Below, piece by piece: positions 29,566 through 39,671 of a DNA stretch of 64,000 nucleotides. A program made the translations under genes and the position numbers. Source of the DNA: Desulfobacterales bacterium (GTDB lineage Bacteria; Desulfobacterota; Desulfobacteria; Desulfobacterales; UBA2174); the NCBI GenBank assembly GCA_963668645.2, contig CAXXWC010000019.1, forward strand, positions 710,053-774,052, in the 5' to 3' direction. Numbering within the stretch: position 1 is the first letter of the stretch; every line of letters starts with the position of its first letter. The notes under the pieces are model-generated. The model saw only the letters and a program-made list of their open reading frames with translations, did not search any database and had not been told where the DNA came from.

Positions 29566-31959
29566 ATGGCCAAACCCCGCTCCATGATCCTGGTGCTGAT
29601 GTTGGCAGCGCTCCTGACCTCGGGCTGCGCGGTTCTCAACGACTACCGGCAGCAGGGCGAGCTGGCGCTTAGCGGGTTGGCGGCGCCGGTGACGGTGCTG
29701 CGCGACGAAAAGGGGATGGCCTACATCAGCGCGGCCCAGGCGGGCGACGCGTTCATGGCCCAGGGGTTCGTCGCGGCCCAGGACCGGCTCTTTCAGATGG
29801 AACTCAATCGCCGCTTTGCCGCCGGGCGCATCAGCGAGTTCGCCGGCCAGATGGCCGTTAAGCTTGACACCCGCATGCGCACCCTCGGTCTGTATCGCAA
29901 CGCCCGCCGCCATGCCGGGATGCTCGACGGCGACACCCGCGCCTTTTTTCAGCGCTACGCCGACGGGGTCAACGCCTACATCCACACCCGCCAAGAGAGC
30001 CTGCCCCTGGAATTCAAGCTGGCCGGCATCGAACCCGAACCGTGGACGGTGGCAGATTCGCTGGCCGTTCTCTACCTGATGGCCTGGGACACATCGGCCA
30101 ACCTGCAGACCGAAATCGTCACCCAGACCCTGGTGGACAGACTGGGACCGGAAAAAGCGCAGCAGATCTTTCCCATCAACGTCAATCCCGACGAGCCGCC
30201 AAACCGCGCCCGGGCGGCCGCCCCCGGGCCCGGCGCCGCCATGGCGCTGGCCACCGGCTTCGACCGGCAGATGGTCGCCTGGCTCGACCGGGGGATCCTC
30301 GGCCTGGGCAGCAACAACTGGGTTGCCGGTCCGGCCCGCTCCGCCAGCGGCAAACCCATCGTGGCCAACGATCCCCATCTCGACACGCGGATCCTGCCCG
30401 GCCCCTGGTACCCGGTGGGCCTGATCACCCCGGACTTTCGTGCCGTGGGGGTGAACATCGCCGGAATCCCCGGGATCGTGGTGGGCCGTACCGGCCACAT
30501 CGCCTGCGGGGTGACCAACGCCTATGGGGACATGCAGGATCTGTACGTGGAATCCGTCGACCCGCACGATTCCACCCGCTACCTGGAGGGGGCCGGCTCG
30601 ATTCCTTTCGGGATCATCAAGGAACGCCTGTGCATCCGCGACAAGAAGGCGCCGGGCGGCTACCGCGTCCAGGTCCTGCCCATCCGCAGTACCCGCCGCG
30701 GCCCGGTGGTCTCGGGGGTCTTCAAGGGGTTGGATACAGACAAGGTGATCACGCTGCGCTTCGCCCCTTTCGAGACCATGCACGGCCGGGTCGGCTTCGA
30801 TCGGATCCTCACGGCCGGGTCGGTCAAAGAGGCCTTGGCCGCAGCGCAGGATATCAACATGATCTGCCTGAACTTCGTGCTCGCCGACACGGCGGGCGAC
30901 TTCGCCTGGTGGGTGACCGGGACCCTTCCCTACCGGCCTGGCGGAGGCGGCACCGTGCCCCACGTGGTGCGCGACGGCCGCGACAACTGGCAGGGGTGGA
31001 TCCCCTTCGAACAAAATCCCCACAGCGTCAATCCGGCCAAGGGGTGGCTGGGCACCTGCAACCACGCCACCGTCACCCACGACTTGCCCTACTACTTTTC
31101 GTCCTATTTTTCACCGTCCTTCCGCTACCGCCGCCTCACGGAGCTCATGGACGAGGCCAGGCCCCTGACCGCGGCCGACCACTGGCAATTCCAGCGCGAC
31201 ACCCGCAACCTGCTGGCCGTCCGGCTGGCGCCGGTCATGGCCGCGGTCCTCTCGGCCCACCCCGACACCCGCTCGATGGGCCAAATCCTGGCGGCCTGGG
31301 ATTTTAACGATGACGCCGACCAGGCGGCGCCGACCATCTTCCAGGCCGTGCTGGCAAAATTCGCCTTTGCCGTGTTCGAGGACGAACTCGGACCCGCGGC
31401 GGCCGCCGTCTACCTGGACAACTGGTACATCTGGGAAGAACGGCTGCTGGCCATGGCCCTGGCCGACGACTCGGCCTGGTTCGACGATACGCGCACCCAC
31501 GACAGGCGCGAGACCCGCGACGACCTGCTGCACCGGGCGGCCCTGGCGGCGGGCGGAGAGTTGACCGAGCGGATCGGCCACGATCCCCACAAATGGCTCT
31601 GGGGCAAGGTGCACCGGCTGGAACTGGTCAGCCCGATCCGGCGCCACGGGTTCGGCAGTGGGTTTTTGGGCGGCGGTTCGCATCCGGCCCCCGGCTCCAA
31701 CGAAACCCTGTGCCGCGGCTGGTGGGACGTGGACGCGCCCTTTGCGGTGACCCACAGCGCGGCGCTTCGCATGGTGGCCGACCTGGGCGACGATGAAAAG
31801 GTCCTGGCCGTGCAGCCCGGCGGGGTCACCGGAAGGATCTTCCATCCCCACCATACCGACCAGGTGGACGACTATTTCTCGGGCAAGGTGCGATACTGGT
31901 GGTTCAGCGACGCGGCTATCCAGGCCCACGCCCGATCGCGGCTGACCCTGGTCCCCTAG
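29566..31959 (+). CDS. Penicillin acylase family Ntn-hydrolase, probable lipoprotein
   Basis: LTSGC lipobox-like motif; AQDRLFQME; LG|SNNW autocleavage site; ANDPHL; AGGAGGA RBS. Confidence 0.93.
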   Translation: MAKPRSMILVLMLAALLTSGCAVLNDYRQQGELALSGLAAPVTVLRDEKGMAYISAAQAGDAFMAQGFVAAQDRLFQMELNRRFAAGRISEFAGQMAVKLDTRMRTLGLYRNARRHAGMLDGDTRAFFQRYADGVNAYIHTRQESLPLEFKLAGIEPEPWTVADSLAVLYLMAWDTSANLQTEIVTQTLVDRLGPEKAQQIFPINVNPDEPPNRARAAAPGPGAAMALATGFDRQMVAWLDRGILGLGSNNWVAGPARSASGKPIVANDPHLDTRILPGPWYPVGLITPDFRAVGVNIAGIPGIVVGRTGHIACGVTNAYGDMQDLYVESVDPHDSTRYLEGAGSIPFGIIKERLCIRDKKAPGGYRVQVLPIRSTRRGPVVSGVFKGLDTDKVITLRFAPFETMHGRVGFDRILTAGSVKEALAAAQDINMICLNFVLADTAGDFAWWVTGTLPYRPGGGGTVPHVVRDGRDNWQGWIPFEQNPHSVNPAKGWLGTCNHATVTHDLPYYFSSYFSPSFRYRRLTELMDEARPLTAADHWQFQRDTRNLLAVRLAPVMAAVLSAHPDTRSMGQILAAWDFNDDADQAAPTIFQAVLAKFAFAVFEDELGPAAAAVYLDNWYIWEERLLAMALADDSAWFDDTRTHDRRETRDDLLHRAALAAGGELTERIGHDPHKWLWGKVHRLELVSPIRRHGFGSGFLGGGSHPAPGSNETLCRGWWDVDAPFAVTHSAALRMVADLGDDEKVLAVQPGGVTGRIFHPHHTDQVDDYFSGKVRYWWFSDAAIQAHARSRLTLVP

Positions 31960-32092
31960 GCCGGTGCAGCGTCAATTCAAAGACGGGCCGCGTTTTTTCA
32001 ATGGCCATGGAACGATTTTCGAATCTGTCATCCTCTTGGCACCATACGGCAAAATCGTACCCGGGAAATCGCGCAGACCTCTGGCAAGCAAG

Positions 32093-32121
32093 TTGACAGC
32101 CTCCTGAACCGCGGGTAGGCT
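32093..32121 (+). promoter_or_regulatory. Putative sigma70 promoter of the 32193 gene
   Basis: TTGACA, 17 nt, TAGGCT. Confidence 0.5.
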
Positions 32122-32192
32122 CCGGTCAGCATTTGCGGAAACCGGCGAGGGAAGCGCCATGGTGAATACCTCAAAAAAGAAAGGGAGAGCGT

Positions 32193-32795
32193 ATGCGGCT
32201 TCGCATCGGTTTGAGAGGGATCGTGTTCCTGGTTAGCATGTCTTTGCTGTGCGGCCTTCCGGCCTATGCCGACGATATCACCGATTCGATCAAAGAGGCC
32301 CTGGAGTATTACGAGGCCGGCCAATACGGCGACGCCATCGGCAGCCTCAACTACGCGGCCCAGCTCATCGGCCAGAAAAAAGGCGGCCAGCTCGAGGACT
32401 TCCTGCCCGCTCCCCTGCCGGGATGGACCGCTGAAAAGGCCGATTCCCAGGCGGCCGGGGCAGCCATGTTCGGCGGCGGGGTTTCGGCCAGCCGCAGCTA
32501 CCGAAAAGGGGACGCGACGGTGGATATCCAGATCATCACCGATTCGCCGATGCTTCAGGGAATGGCGGTGATGTTCACCAATCCGATGCTGGCGGCCTCC
32601 GACGGCGGAAAGCTGGAAAAGATCAAAGGCCAGAAGGCCATTGTCAAATACAGCGAAGCCGATAAGAACGGATCGATCCACATCATGGTGGCCCACCGTT
32701 TTCTGGTCAGCGTCGAGGGTACGGATGTGGTCACGGAAGATCTCAAGGCCTATGCCAAGGCCTTCGACTACAACAAGCTGGCAGCCATGCCCTGA
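32193..32795 (+). CDS. Secreted hypothetical protein
   Basis: 200 aa; signal peptide ending AYA; AAGGGAG RBS; normal protein composition. Confidence 0.8.
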   Translation: MRLRIGLRGIVFLVSMSLLCGLPAYADDITDSIKEALEYYEAGQYGDAIGSLNYAAQLIGQKKGGQLEDFLPAPLPGWTAEKADSQAAGAAMFGGGVSASRSYRKGDATVDIQIITDSPMLQGMAVMFTNPMLAASDGGKLEKIKGQKAIVKYSEADKNGSIHIMVAHRFLVSVEGTDVVTEDLKAYAKAFDYNKLAAMP

Positions 32796-32865
32796 AGTCA
32801 GGCGCCTGATTTCCCGCCGCGGGCGCAGCCGCAAGCGGTGTTCGCGCTGTGCCCGCGCGGCCAGT

Positions 32866-34545
32866 TCACGCCTTTTTCCCGAAGGCCGTGTACATCCGAT
32901 ACCCCCCCGAGATATTGAAGGCCCGAAATCCGTGCTGCAGCAGCATGCGCACGGCCACGTAGGAGCGCTGGCCCACGTAACAGTGGGCGTAGATGTCCCG
33001 GTCCCGCGGCAGTCCGTCCAGACGCCGGCGCAACGCGTCCACCGGGATGTTGACCGCCCCGGGGACCCGCCCGGCTTCGTACTCCTCGGCGGTGCGCACG
33101 TCCAGAACAAAGGCCCCGGCCAGGGCCGGGTCGGTCCAATGCACCGTGGGCACGTCGCCGCGCAACAGGTTTGCGGCCACCATCCCGGCCAGATTGACCG
33201 GATCCTTGGCCGAACCGTACTGGGGAGCGTAGCAAAGTTCCGAGGCTTCCAGATCAAAGACCGTTCCCCGGTGCTGCAGGTGGGTGGCGATGACGTCGAT
33301 GCGCTTTTCCACGCCCTGGCGGCCCAGGGCCTGGGCCCCCAGGATCCGCCCCCCGTCCCGTTCGAAAATCAGCTTCACCGTCAGGGTCTGGGCGTCGGGA
33401 TAGTAGCTGGCATGGTGATCGGGGTGGATATAGATCTTTTCATAGGGCCATCGAACGCCCTGCGGGTCGAGACGCTGCAGTGTTTTCTCCGCAACCCCGG
33501 TGGCCGCCACGGTCAATCCCATGATGCCGCACACCGAAGTGCCCTGGACCCCGCGAAAGGCCTGATAGACGCCACTACGGCCGCAGATGGCATTGGCCGC
33601 CACCCGTCCCTGGCGATTGGCCGGCCCGGCCAGCGGGACCATGGCCGGCAGCCCGGTGACATGGTCCACCACCTGGATGGCGTCTCCCACGGCCCAGATT
33701 TGCGGATCGCTGGTGCGCATCCACGGATCGACCTGGATCCCGCCCCGCTCGCCGATAGTCAGTCCGGCCGCCGCCGCGAGCTGGGTCCTGGGCCGCACCC
33801 CGGCGGCCAGGATCACCAGATCGGTTTCCAGGCGGCGACCGTCACCCAGGTCGACGCCCAGATGCCCGTCCGGATGGCGGGTAAATCCGCTCACCCGGGT
33901 GCCGAGTTCCAGCACCACTCCGGCCTGGCGCAGATGGCTGTGCACGAAAAAGGCCATTTCCGCATCCAGAGCCGGCATCACCTGGTCCTGCATTTCGACG
34001 ATGGTCACCTCGAAGCCCAGGCGGTTCAGGTTCTCGGTCATCTCCAGGCCGATGAAACCGCCGCCCACCACCACGGCCCGGCGTACCTTGCACCCCTTGA
34101 TCCAGTCCAGAATCCGTCGGGTGTCGGGAATCGTCCAGAGGGTGAAGATCCCTTCCAGGTCGATGCCGGGAAGATTCGGCCGCAGCGGCTCCGAACCCGG
34201 TGCCAGGACCAGGGTGTCGTAAGCTTCCTCGTAGCGCCGGCCGCCGGCCGAATCATGGACCTGAAGCGTGCGGCGCTTGGGGTCGATCCCCTCCACGGCG
34301 CAGTTCGTGCGCACATCGATGTTGAACCGTTCCCGAAAAAGCTCCGGGGTGGCCACCAGCAGGTCCTCTTCCCGGCTGATCACCTGCCCCACGTAGTAGG
34401 GCAGGCCGCAGTTGGCAAAAGAGACGTAGGGGCCGCGTTCGAAGAGGGTGATGGCGGCCGTCTCGTCCAGCCGCCGGGCCCGGGCCGCGCAGGAGGCCCC
34501 TCCGGCCACCCCGCCGACGATCAGCAGACGCTTGCCTTGTGTCAT
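32866..34545 (-). CDS. CoA-disulfide reductase-like FAD oxidoreductase with rhodanese domain
   Basis: GGVAGGAS, SFANCGLPY, GGGFIGLE, AVGDA, LCYAPQY motifs; rhodanese DVRT...HCYVGQRS; AAAGGAGG RBS. Confidence 0.93.
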   Translation of the reverse strand: MTQGKRLLIVGGVAGGASCAARARRLDETAAITLFERGPYVSFANCGLPYYVGQVISREEDLLVATPELFRERFNIDVRTNCAVEGIDPKRRTLQVHDSAGGRRYEEAYDTLVLAPGSEPLRPNLPGIDLEGIFTLWTIPDTRRILDWIKGCKVRRAVVVGGGFIGLEMTENLNRLGFEVTIVEMQDQVMPALDAEMAFFVHSHLRQAGVVLELGTRVSGFTRHPDGHLGVDLGDGRRLETDLVILAAGVRPRTQLAAAAGLTIGERGGIQVDPWMRTSDPQIWAVGDAIQVVDHVTGLPAMVPLAGPANRQGRVAANAICGRSGVYQAFRGVQGTSVCGIMGLTVAATGVAEKTLQRLDPQGVRWPYEKIYIHPDHHASYYPDAQTLTVKLIFERDGGRILGAQALGRQGVEKRIDVIATHLQHRGTVFDLEASELCYAPQYGSAKDPVNLAGMVAANLLRGDVPTVHWTDPALAGAFVLDVRTAEEYEAGRVPGAVNIPVDALRRRLDGLPRDRDIYAHCYVGQRSYVAVRMLLQHGFRAFNISGGYRMYTAFGKKA

Positions 34546-34584
34546 GAGGCCTCCTTTCCAAAAAGCTGTTGTATCCACCCACCG

Positions 34585-36306
34585 TTAGCCGGCCAGGGCC
34601 CAGCCCAGGGCCAGAAGGCCGGCCATTATGAACAGCGATTCGAGCTGAAATTCCAGCCCCACACCGGAGTGTATCTTTCCCCGGCCGTGAGCGGAAATAA
34701 GCAGTCCCATCAGGATCGGGCAGACGACCAGCACCAGCCCGAAAAGATCGACCATGCCGGCCAGAGCCGCCACCGCGAGGATTCCCGCCGCCAGGGCCAG
34801 GCAAATATAGAGCAGGCGCAGGGTCTTTTCCTCGCCCAGCAGAATCGGCAATGTCTCCTTGCCCACGATACGGTCGCCCTGGACATCCAGAATATCGAAA
34901 AAAGCGGTGCGCACGAAAACCAGCAGGGTCGCCACGGCAAAGACCACCCAGGTCACCCCAGCAACCCGTCCCGAGACGGCCAAAGCGGGCAGCACGCCGG
35001 TCACCACCCCCCAGGCCAGGGCGATGAGCACCGTTTTGGAACCGGGCAAATCCCGGATCCGGCGGATCCGCCAGCGCGTCGCGGCCGGAACCAGGTTCAG
35101 GTTGTAGGAAAGGCCCAGAACGCTCATGACCGCCAGCACCCCGAAAGGCCGCATGCCCATCAGGTAGGCCAGAAAAAGGCCCGTGGTTCCCGAAAGCAGC
35201 GCCAGAATTCCCAGCACGACCCGGTAGCGTTGGTAAAAAAGAGCCCGCCCCGGATCGTTGTAGCGATCCTCCTTCTGGCCGGTGAGGTTGTTGAGCATGT
35301 GCATCGACTGCACGTAGAGCATGGCCAGAAAAACCATCGGCAGGCTGCCGGTAAGCCCCTGGAGCTGGCTGCACGCCAGGCACAGCCCCCCGGCCCCTAC
35401 GGCGACGTAAGTGTTGGTGCGCAGCAGGGTCTGCTGCAGGCTGTAAAGCCACTGGCGCCAAACCCCGCCCCGGGGCATCAGCTCGAGATGGCGGCAGATG
35501 CGCTTGATGATCCAGTTGGGGGTGGAGGCCCCGGCGGTCACCGCCACGGTGCGGGCTCCGGCCAGCAGTCCCGGATCGATCTCGGCTTCGGTTTCCACGT
35601 GCAGGGTCGGCTTGCCGCTTTGGGCCGCGATCTCGGCCAGGCGTTGGGTGTTGCCGCTGCTGCGGCCGCCGACCACCACCACCGCATCGGCCGACGCCGC
35701 CAGGCGGCGCACCTCGGCTTGGCGGTCGGCGGTGGAATCGCAGATGGTATCGAAAATCTTGTAGTGGGGGCGGTGTTTAAGAGCCCAGCGGCCCACCGCC
35801 TCGAAAAAGCTCTTGTTCTGGGTGGTTTGGGCCACGATGATGGCCTGCTCGAAAACCGGCAAAGCCTCCAGCTCGGCCATGGTGCTGACCACCGCGCCGC
35901 GCCGGCCGGCATATCCGAGCAGCCCGATCACCTCGGGATGATCCGGATCACCCACGATGATGGTGGCATGGTCCTGGCGCGCGTGGCGCCGGATGATCGA
36001 CTGGACCTTGATCACTCTCGGGCAGGTGGCATCCACCACCTCGAAGCCGGCCGCCGCCAACCTTTGGCGGATTTCGGGCGGAACCCCGTGGGCTCGGATC
36101 AAGACCGTTCCCCGGCCTTGGGCGGGGATCTGGTCGAGGACCGTAATCCCTTTTTCGGCCAGCATTTCGAGCACCTGCGGATTGTGAATCAACGGCCCGT
36201 AGGTATGGATCGGCCCCTGGCGCTGCTTGGGAGCATCGAGCACCATCTCGACGGCCCGGCGCACGCCCATGCAAAAGCCGGCCGTTTGGGCGATGAGCAG
36301 CTTCAT
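34585..36306 (-). CDS. ispH: 4-hydroxy-3-methylbut-2-enyl diphosphate reductase fused to a UbiA-like membrane domain
   Basis: GFCMGV, LIHNP, RAHG, DATCPRV, HPEV, TICDST, SSGNT and AGASTP motifs; C-terminal multi-TM region with DILDVQGDRIVGKETLP. Confidence 0.92.
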   Translation of the reverse strand: MKLLIAQTAGFCMGVRRAVEMVLDAPKQRQGPIHTYGPLIHNPQVLEMLAEKGITVLDQIPAQGRGTVLIRAHGVPPEIRQRLAAAGFEVVDATCPRVIKVQSIIRRHARQDHATIIVGDPDHPEVIGLLGYAGRRGAVVSTMAELEALPVFEQAIIVAQTTQNKSFFEAVGRWALKHRPHYKIFDTICDSTADRQAEVRRLAASADAVVVVGGRSSGNTQRLAEIAAQSGKPTLHVETEAEIDPGLLAGARTVAVTAGASTPNWIIKRICRHLELMPRGGVWRQWLYSLQQTLLRTNTYVAVGAGGLCLACSQLQGLTGSLPMVFLAMLYVQSMHMLNNLTGQKEDRYNDPGRALFYQRYRVVLGILALLSGTTGLFLAYLMGMRPFGVLAVMSVLGLSYNLNLVPAATRWRIRRIRDLPGSKTVLIALAWGVVTGVLPALAVSGRVAGVTWVVFAVATLLVFVRTAFFDILDVQGDRIVGKETLPILLGEEKTLRLLYICLALAAGILAVAALAGMVDLFGLVLVVCPILMGLLISAHGRGKIHSGVGLEFQLESLFIMAGLLALGWALAG

Positions 36307-36341
36307 CGAAAGGTCATGACGTCTTGTTGAACCGGCCCGCC

Positions 36342-36530
36342 CTAGTCGGCTTTGAGAAAAACCTTGTGGTCGACCAGCTTGAGAGAATGGATGCGGGCCT
36401 TGAGAAATTTCTGTTCGCCGAAAATGTTCTCCAGACGCAACCCGTCCTCGGTGGGTTCAATCGTATCCACCGCTTCCATCACCAACTCGGTCTGCTGATC
36501 CTGGATCAGATAGGCATTGGCTTCACACAT
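36342..36530 (-). CDS. cooT: CooT-family small nickel-binding protein
   Basis: 62 aa; MCEANAY, ENIFGE and LVDH motifs. Confidence 0.85.
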   Translation of the reverse strand: MCEANAYLIQDQQTELVMEAVDTIEPTEDGLRLENIFGEQKFLKARIHSLKLVDHKVFLKAD

Positions 36531-36966
36531 GGCAGGGTCCTTTTGCGCTCTTGGACAAAAATGGGGCCAAGTGCGCGTCGATCAGTTCTTCGATAAGCCG
36601 CGGCAGCGGAATGGCCGGCGCTCCGGCGATAATGACCGGCTCCTGGCACAAAGGCAGCAGTATCTTGGGACAGGGGCTGCCGGCAACCGCCTCGGCAACC
36701 CGTGGCGTGACCTCGCCCATCATGGCATGGGCCATGATGATTCCCAAAGGGCCGAGGATGGCATCCAACCGCGGTGCGGTCTGGACGATGGCGTTTTCAC
36801 CCGAGGCGCCCCGATTGGCCTTGGCTTTGAGCATCTGGGCCGTGGCGATGGCATTGGTACCCAGGGCCACGATTTCCAGCGTTTCGCCGTAGCGGCTCTT
36901 GATTTGCCGAATGATGGCACTGCCGATGCCACCGCCTTGTCCATCGATCACCCCGATTCGCTTCAT
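36523..36966 (-). CDS. DUF3842-family protein
   Basis: VIDGQGGGIG, ALGTNAIAT, GASGENAI and MMGEVTP motifs. Confidence 0.85.
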   Translation of the reverse strand: MKRIGVIDGQGGGIGSAIIRQIKSRYGETLEIVALGTNAIATAQMLKAKANRGASGENAIVQTAPRLDAILGPLGIIMAHAMMGEVTPRVAEAVAGSPCPKILLPLCQEPVIIAGAPAIPLPRLIEELIDAHLAPFLSKSAKGPCHV

Positions 36967-37246
36967 AAGCCCCCCCGGCCGCCGGTCGCTCGCTGCGGCG
37001 GACAGTTACGCTATCAGATCGCTCTGGCCGGGTCAACGCGTGCTGCCGGTCAACACTCCAAGCCAACCGACTGCCGCACGGGCGGTCCCGTCACAGCGAC
37101 AGACGCGCGCTGTCTGAAGGCCGCAGGGCGCGTTGCAGCAGCACGGCGGGCTTGCCCGATTCTTCGATGGCGTTGAATAGCTGCGATAAACCGCGGCGTT
37201 GTGTAAAGTGGCCGAGCGGCCAGGTGGCCGGCTACGATATCCGGCA

Positions 37247-37765
37247 TCACAATTTATCCAGCCGGGATTTCTGGCGCCGTTTGCCCTTGGGCAGCCTTTT
37301 CCTGGGCCCTTTTTTACGCGTGGTGGGAATCCAGCCTTGATCCTCGTCGTCCGCGGCCTCTTGCCCCATGGCCAGGGCCATCTCCAGGCGCTGCTCGAAT
37401 TCCGAAGACGAAATCACCGCCGCTCCGCAGCCCGCCGCCGCAGCGGCCACTTCCCGATCGCTGGTCACCACCAGGGCCCCTTCCCGTTGCCGGGCCGCAA
37501 TGCGCCGGATCACGTCATCGGCCGATCCCCCACAGGGCGAAAAACGGATCTCGATCCCTTTCCAGCGGTCCCTCCGTTCGAGAAAACAGGGGGCCTCGGC
37601 CGCATCGAAAACCACCGTGACCGGATGCCGCTTAAGCCTGCGGTAAGCGGCCACGGCGTCCACCAGTGCCTCCCGCCCGCTTTGCAGGTCCCGGCGTTCG
37701 ATGGCGCTCCAGCGCGCCGACTGGCGGATCAGGTTGTAGCCGTCTATGATGAGATGAAGGGGCAC
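37247..37765 (-). CDS. NYN-domain (YacP-like) ribonuclease
   Basis: IIDGYNL, VVFDA, SADDVI and VVTSDRE motifs. Confidence 0.88.
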   Translation of the reverse strand: MPLHLIIDGYNLIRQSARWSAIERRDLQSGREALVDAVAAYRRLKRHPVTVVFDAAEAPCFLERRDRWKGIEIRFSPCGGSADDVIRRIAARQREGALVVTSDREVAAAAAGCGAAVISSSEFEQRLEMALAMGQEAADDEDQGWIPTTRKKGPRKRLPKGKRRQKSRLDKL

Positions 37766-37787
37766 GGGGGACAGGTCGGAATCAGGC

Positions 37788-38681
37788 TCAGGCCGGACGC
37801 AGCAAATCGAGAAGCCGGTCGAGGTCCTGATCGTTGTAAAACTCGATCTCGACCTTGCCGCGCTGCCCGCGGCGCTGGATCGCCACCTTGGTGCCGAAAT
37901 GGCGGGAAAGATCCTCGGCCAGGTGGGTAAAATAGGCCGACTCCCCGCCGGGGGGCGCCTCGGGGGTCTCCGGCTGGCGGTTGAGCCGTTTGATCAGAGC
38001 TTCGGTTTCGCGAACCGAGAGTTTGCGCCGCATCACCTGCTGCCAGGCCGCCACCTGGCGGGCAGAGTTGGCCGCCCCCAGCAACGCCCGGGCGTGGCCC
38101 ATGCTCAGCTCTCCGTCGCGGAGGCTGGCCTTGATCGGTTCGGACAGCTGGCGCAAGCGCAGGAAATTGGCCACCGCGCTGCGGCTCTTGCCCACCCGCC
38201 GGGCCGCTTCTTCCTGGGTCAGGTCGAAGGCCTCGATCAGCCGATGGTAGGCATCGGCTTCTTCCATGGGATTGAGGTCCTCGCGCTGAATATTCTCGAC
38301 GATCGAGATTTCGAGCATCTCTTCATCGGAAAGGGGCCGCACCACCACCGGGACCCGGTCCAGTCCGGCCATGCGCGCCGCCCTCAGGCGCCGTTCGCCA
38401 GCGACCAGCTCGTAATCTTCACCCTGACGTCGCACCAGCAGCGGCTGGAGGATGCCCTGGGTGCGAATCGAATCGGCCAGTTCGGCCAGCTCCTTTTCGG
38501 GAAATTGAACACGCGGCTGGTACCGGTTGGGGTGGATCCGCGCTACGGGGCAATGCCAGTAGGCGTTTTCGGCGCCGTCATCGGTGGCGCCGGAGCCGGA
38601 GCCGGTGACCTCCAATCCCGGGATCAATGCTTCAAGTCCCCTGCCGAGGGCCATCTTGCGGCGAGTCTTTTTCTCCGTCAT
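37788..38681 (-). CDS. parB: Chromosome partitioning protein ParB
   Basis: LGRGLEALI, PNRYQPR, AGERRLRA, ENIQREDLNPMEEA, GKSRSAVAN and GHARALL motifs. Confidence 0.96.
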   Translation of the reverse strand: MTEKKTRRKMALGRGLEALIPGLEVTGSGSGATDDGAENAYWHCPVARIHPNRYQPRVQFPEKELAELADSIRTQGILQPLLVRRQGEDYELVAGERRLRAARMAGLDRVPVVVRPLSDEEMLEISIVENIQREDLNPMEEADAYHRLIEAFDLTQEEAARRVGKSRSAVANFLRLRQLSEPIKASLRDGELSMGHARALLGAANSARQVAAWQQVMRRKLSVRETEALIKRLNRQPETPEAPPGGESAYFTHLAEDLSRHFGTKVAIQRRGQRGKVEIEFYNDQDLDRLLDLLRPA

Positions 38682-39493
38682 GTCGCTGCGGGCTCCTGTT
38701 GTGGCATAGAGGCCTGCTTGCGAGACCGCGTCCCGCCGTTACGCAGAATTTCGCGCGCCAGCTCCAGATAGCTGGCGCTGCCCGCCGACTGGGCATCGTA
38801 CCAGATGATCGGCTTGCCGAAGCTTGGCGCCTCGCCCAGGCGCACGTTGCGCGGCACCACGGTTTCAAAAACCTGGCCCGGGAAAAAGCGGCGCGCTTCT
38901 TCGGCCACCTGGGCCGAAAGGTTGGTGCGCTTGTCGAACATGGTCAGCAGAATCCCGGCAATATCCAGATTCGGATTGAGCCGCTGCTTGATCAGGCGCA
39001 TGGTCTGGATCAGCTGCCCAAGCCCTTCGAGGGCATAAAACTCGCATTGCAAGGGGATCAGCAGTCCGTCGGCCGCAGTCATGGCATTGACCGTCAGCAG
39101 GCTCAAAGACGGCGGGCAGTCGAGCAGCACATAATCGAAATCGTTCCTGGCCCGATCCAAAAAGCGCTTGAGGCATAGTTCGCGCTGGGGGGCATCGAGC
39201 ATCTCCACCTCGAATCCGATCAACTCCACCTTGGCAGGAATCACCTTGAGGTACGGCACCTGACTTTCCAGCACCAGCTCATCGATCCCCGCCGTACCGA
39301 TCAGCCCGTGATAAAGGCTATGGGCCAAGGCCTGCTTGTCGATGCCGATGCCGGTGGTGGCGTTGCCCTGAGGATCGCAGTCGACCAAAAGGGTACGCTT
39401 TTCCGCCACGGCCAAAGCTGCGGCCAGGTTCACGGCGGTGGTGGTCTTGCCGACCCCGCCTTTCTGATTGGCGATGCATAGGGTATAGGCCAT
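38678..39493 (-). CDS. parA: Chromosome partitioning ATPase ParA/Soj
   Basis: NQKGGVGKTT, DCDPQGNAT, DCPPSL, QCEFYALEG and EAPSFGKP motifs; ATGA overlap with parB. Confidence 0.96.
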   Translation of the reverse strand: MAYTLCIANQKGGVGKTTTAVNLAAALAVAEKRTLLVDCDPQGNATTGIGIDKQALAHSLYHGLIGTAGIDELVLESQVPYLKVIPAKVELIGFEVEMLDAPQRELCLKRFLDRARNDFDYVLLDCPPSLSLLTVNAMTAADGLLIPLQCEFYALEGLGQLIQTMRLIKQRLNPNLDIAGILLTMFDKRTNLSAQVAEEARRFFPGQVFETVVPRNVRLGEAPSFGKPIIWYDAQSAGSASYLELAREILRNGGTRSRKQASMPQQEPAAT

Positions 39494-39554
39494 AGTCGGT
39501 TGCTTTAGCACAAAAGGGATCTTTTGCAAAGCCGTCATCTTGCCCCTTGCTGAC

Positions 39555-39582
39555 TTGTAACTTATCGGATATGCAATATAAT
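39555..39582 (+). promoter_or_regulatory. Putative sigma70 promoter of the M48 protease gene
   Basis: TTGTAA, 16 nt, TATAAT. Confidence 0.45.
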
Positions 39583-39671
39583 GTTTAAATTTTACCCTGG
39601 TGCGCCCCCCGGCGGACGACACCCCGGCGACCCCACCGTATTGGATCGGGTCGCATCAAAGGAGCATCCCG

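Noticed and set aside
32641..36330. 1229-aa plus-strand ORF and other long shadow ORFs (26507-29161, 51169-53616, 1209-2903, 22317-23879)
   Set aside because: Antisense to well-supported genes; typical GC-rich shadow frames without motifs.
36967..37246. Nickel/cobalt riboswitch upstream of DUF3842-cooT
   Set aside because: The context is suggestive but I could not find the conserved NiCo nucleotides or a four-way junction.
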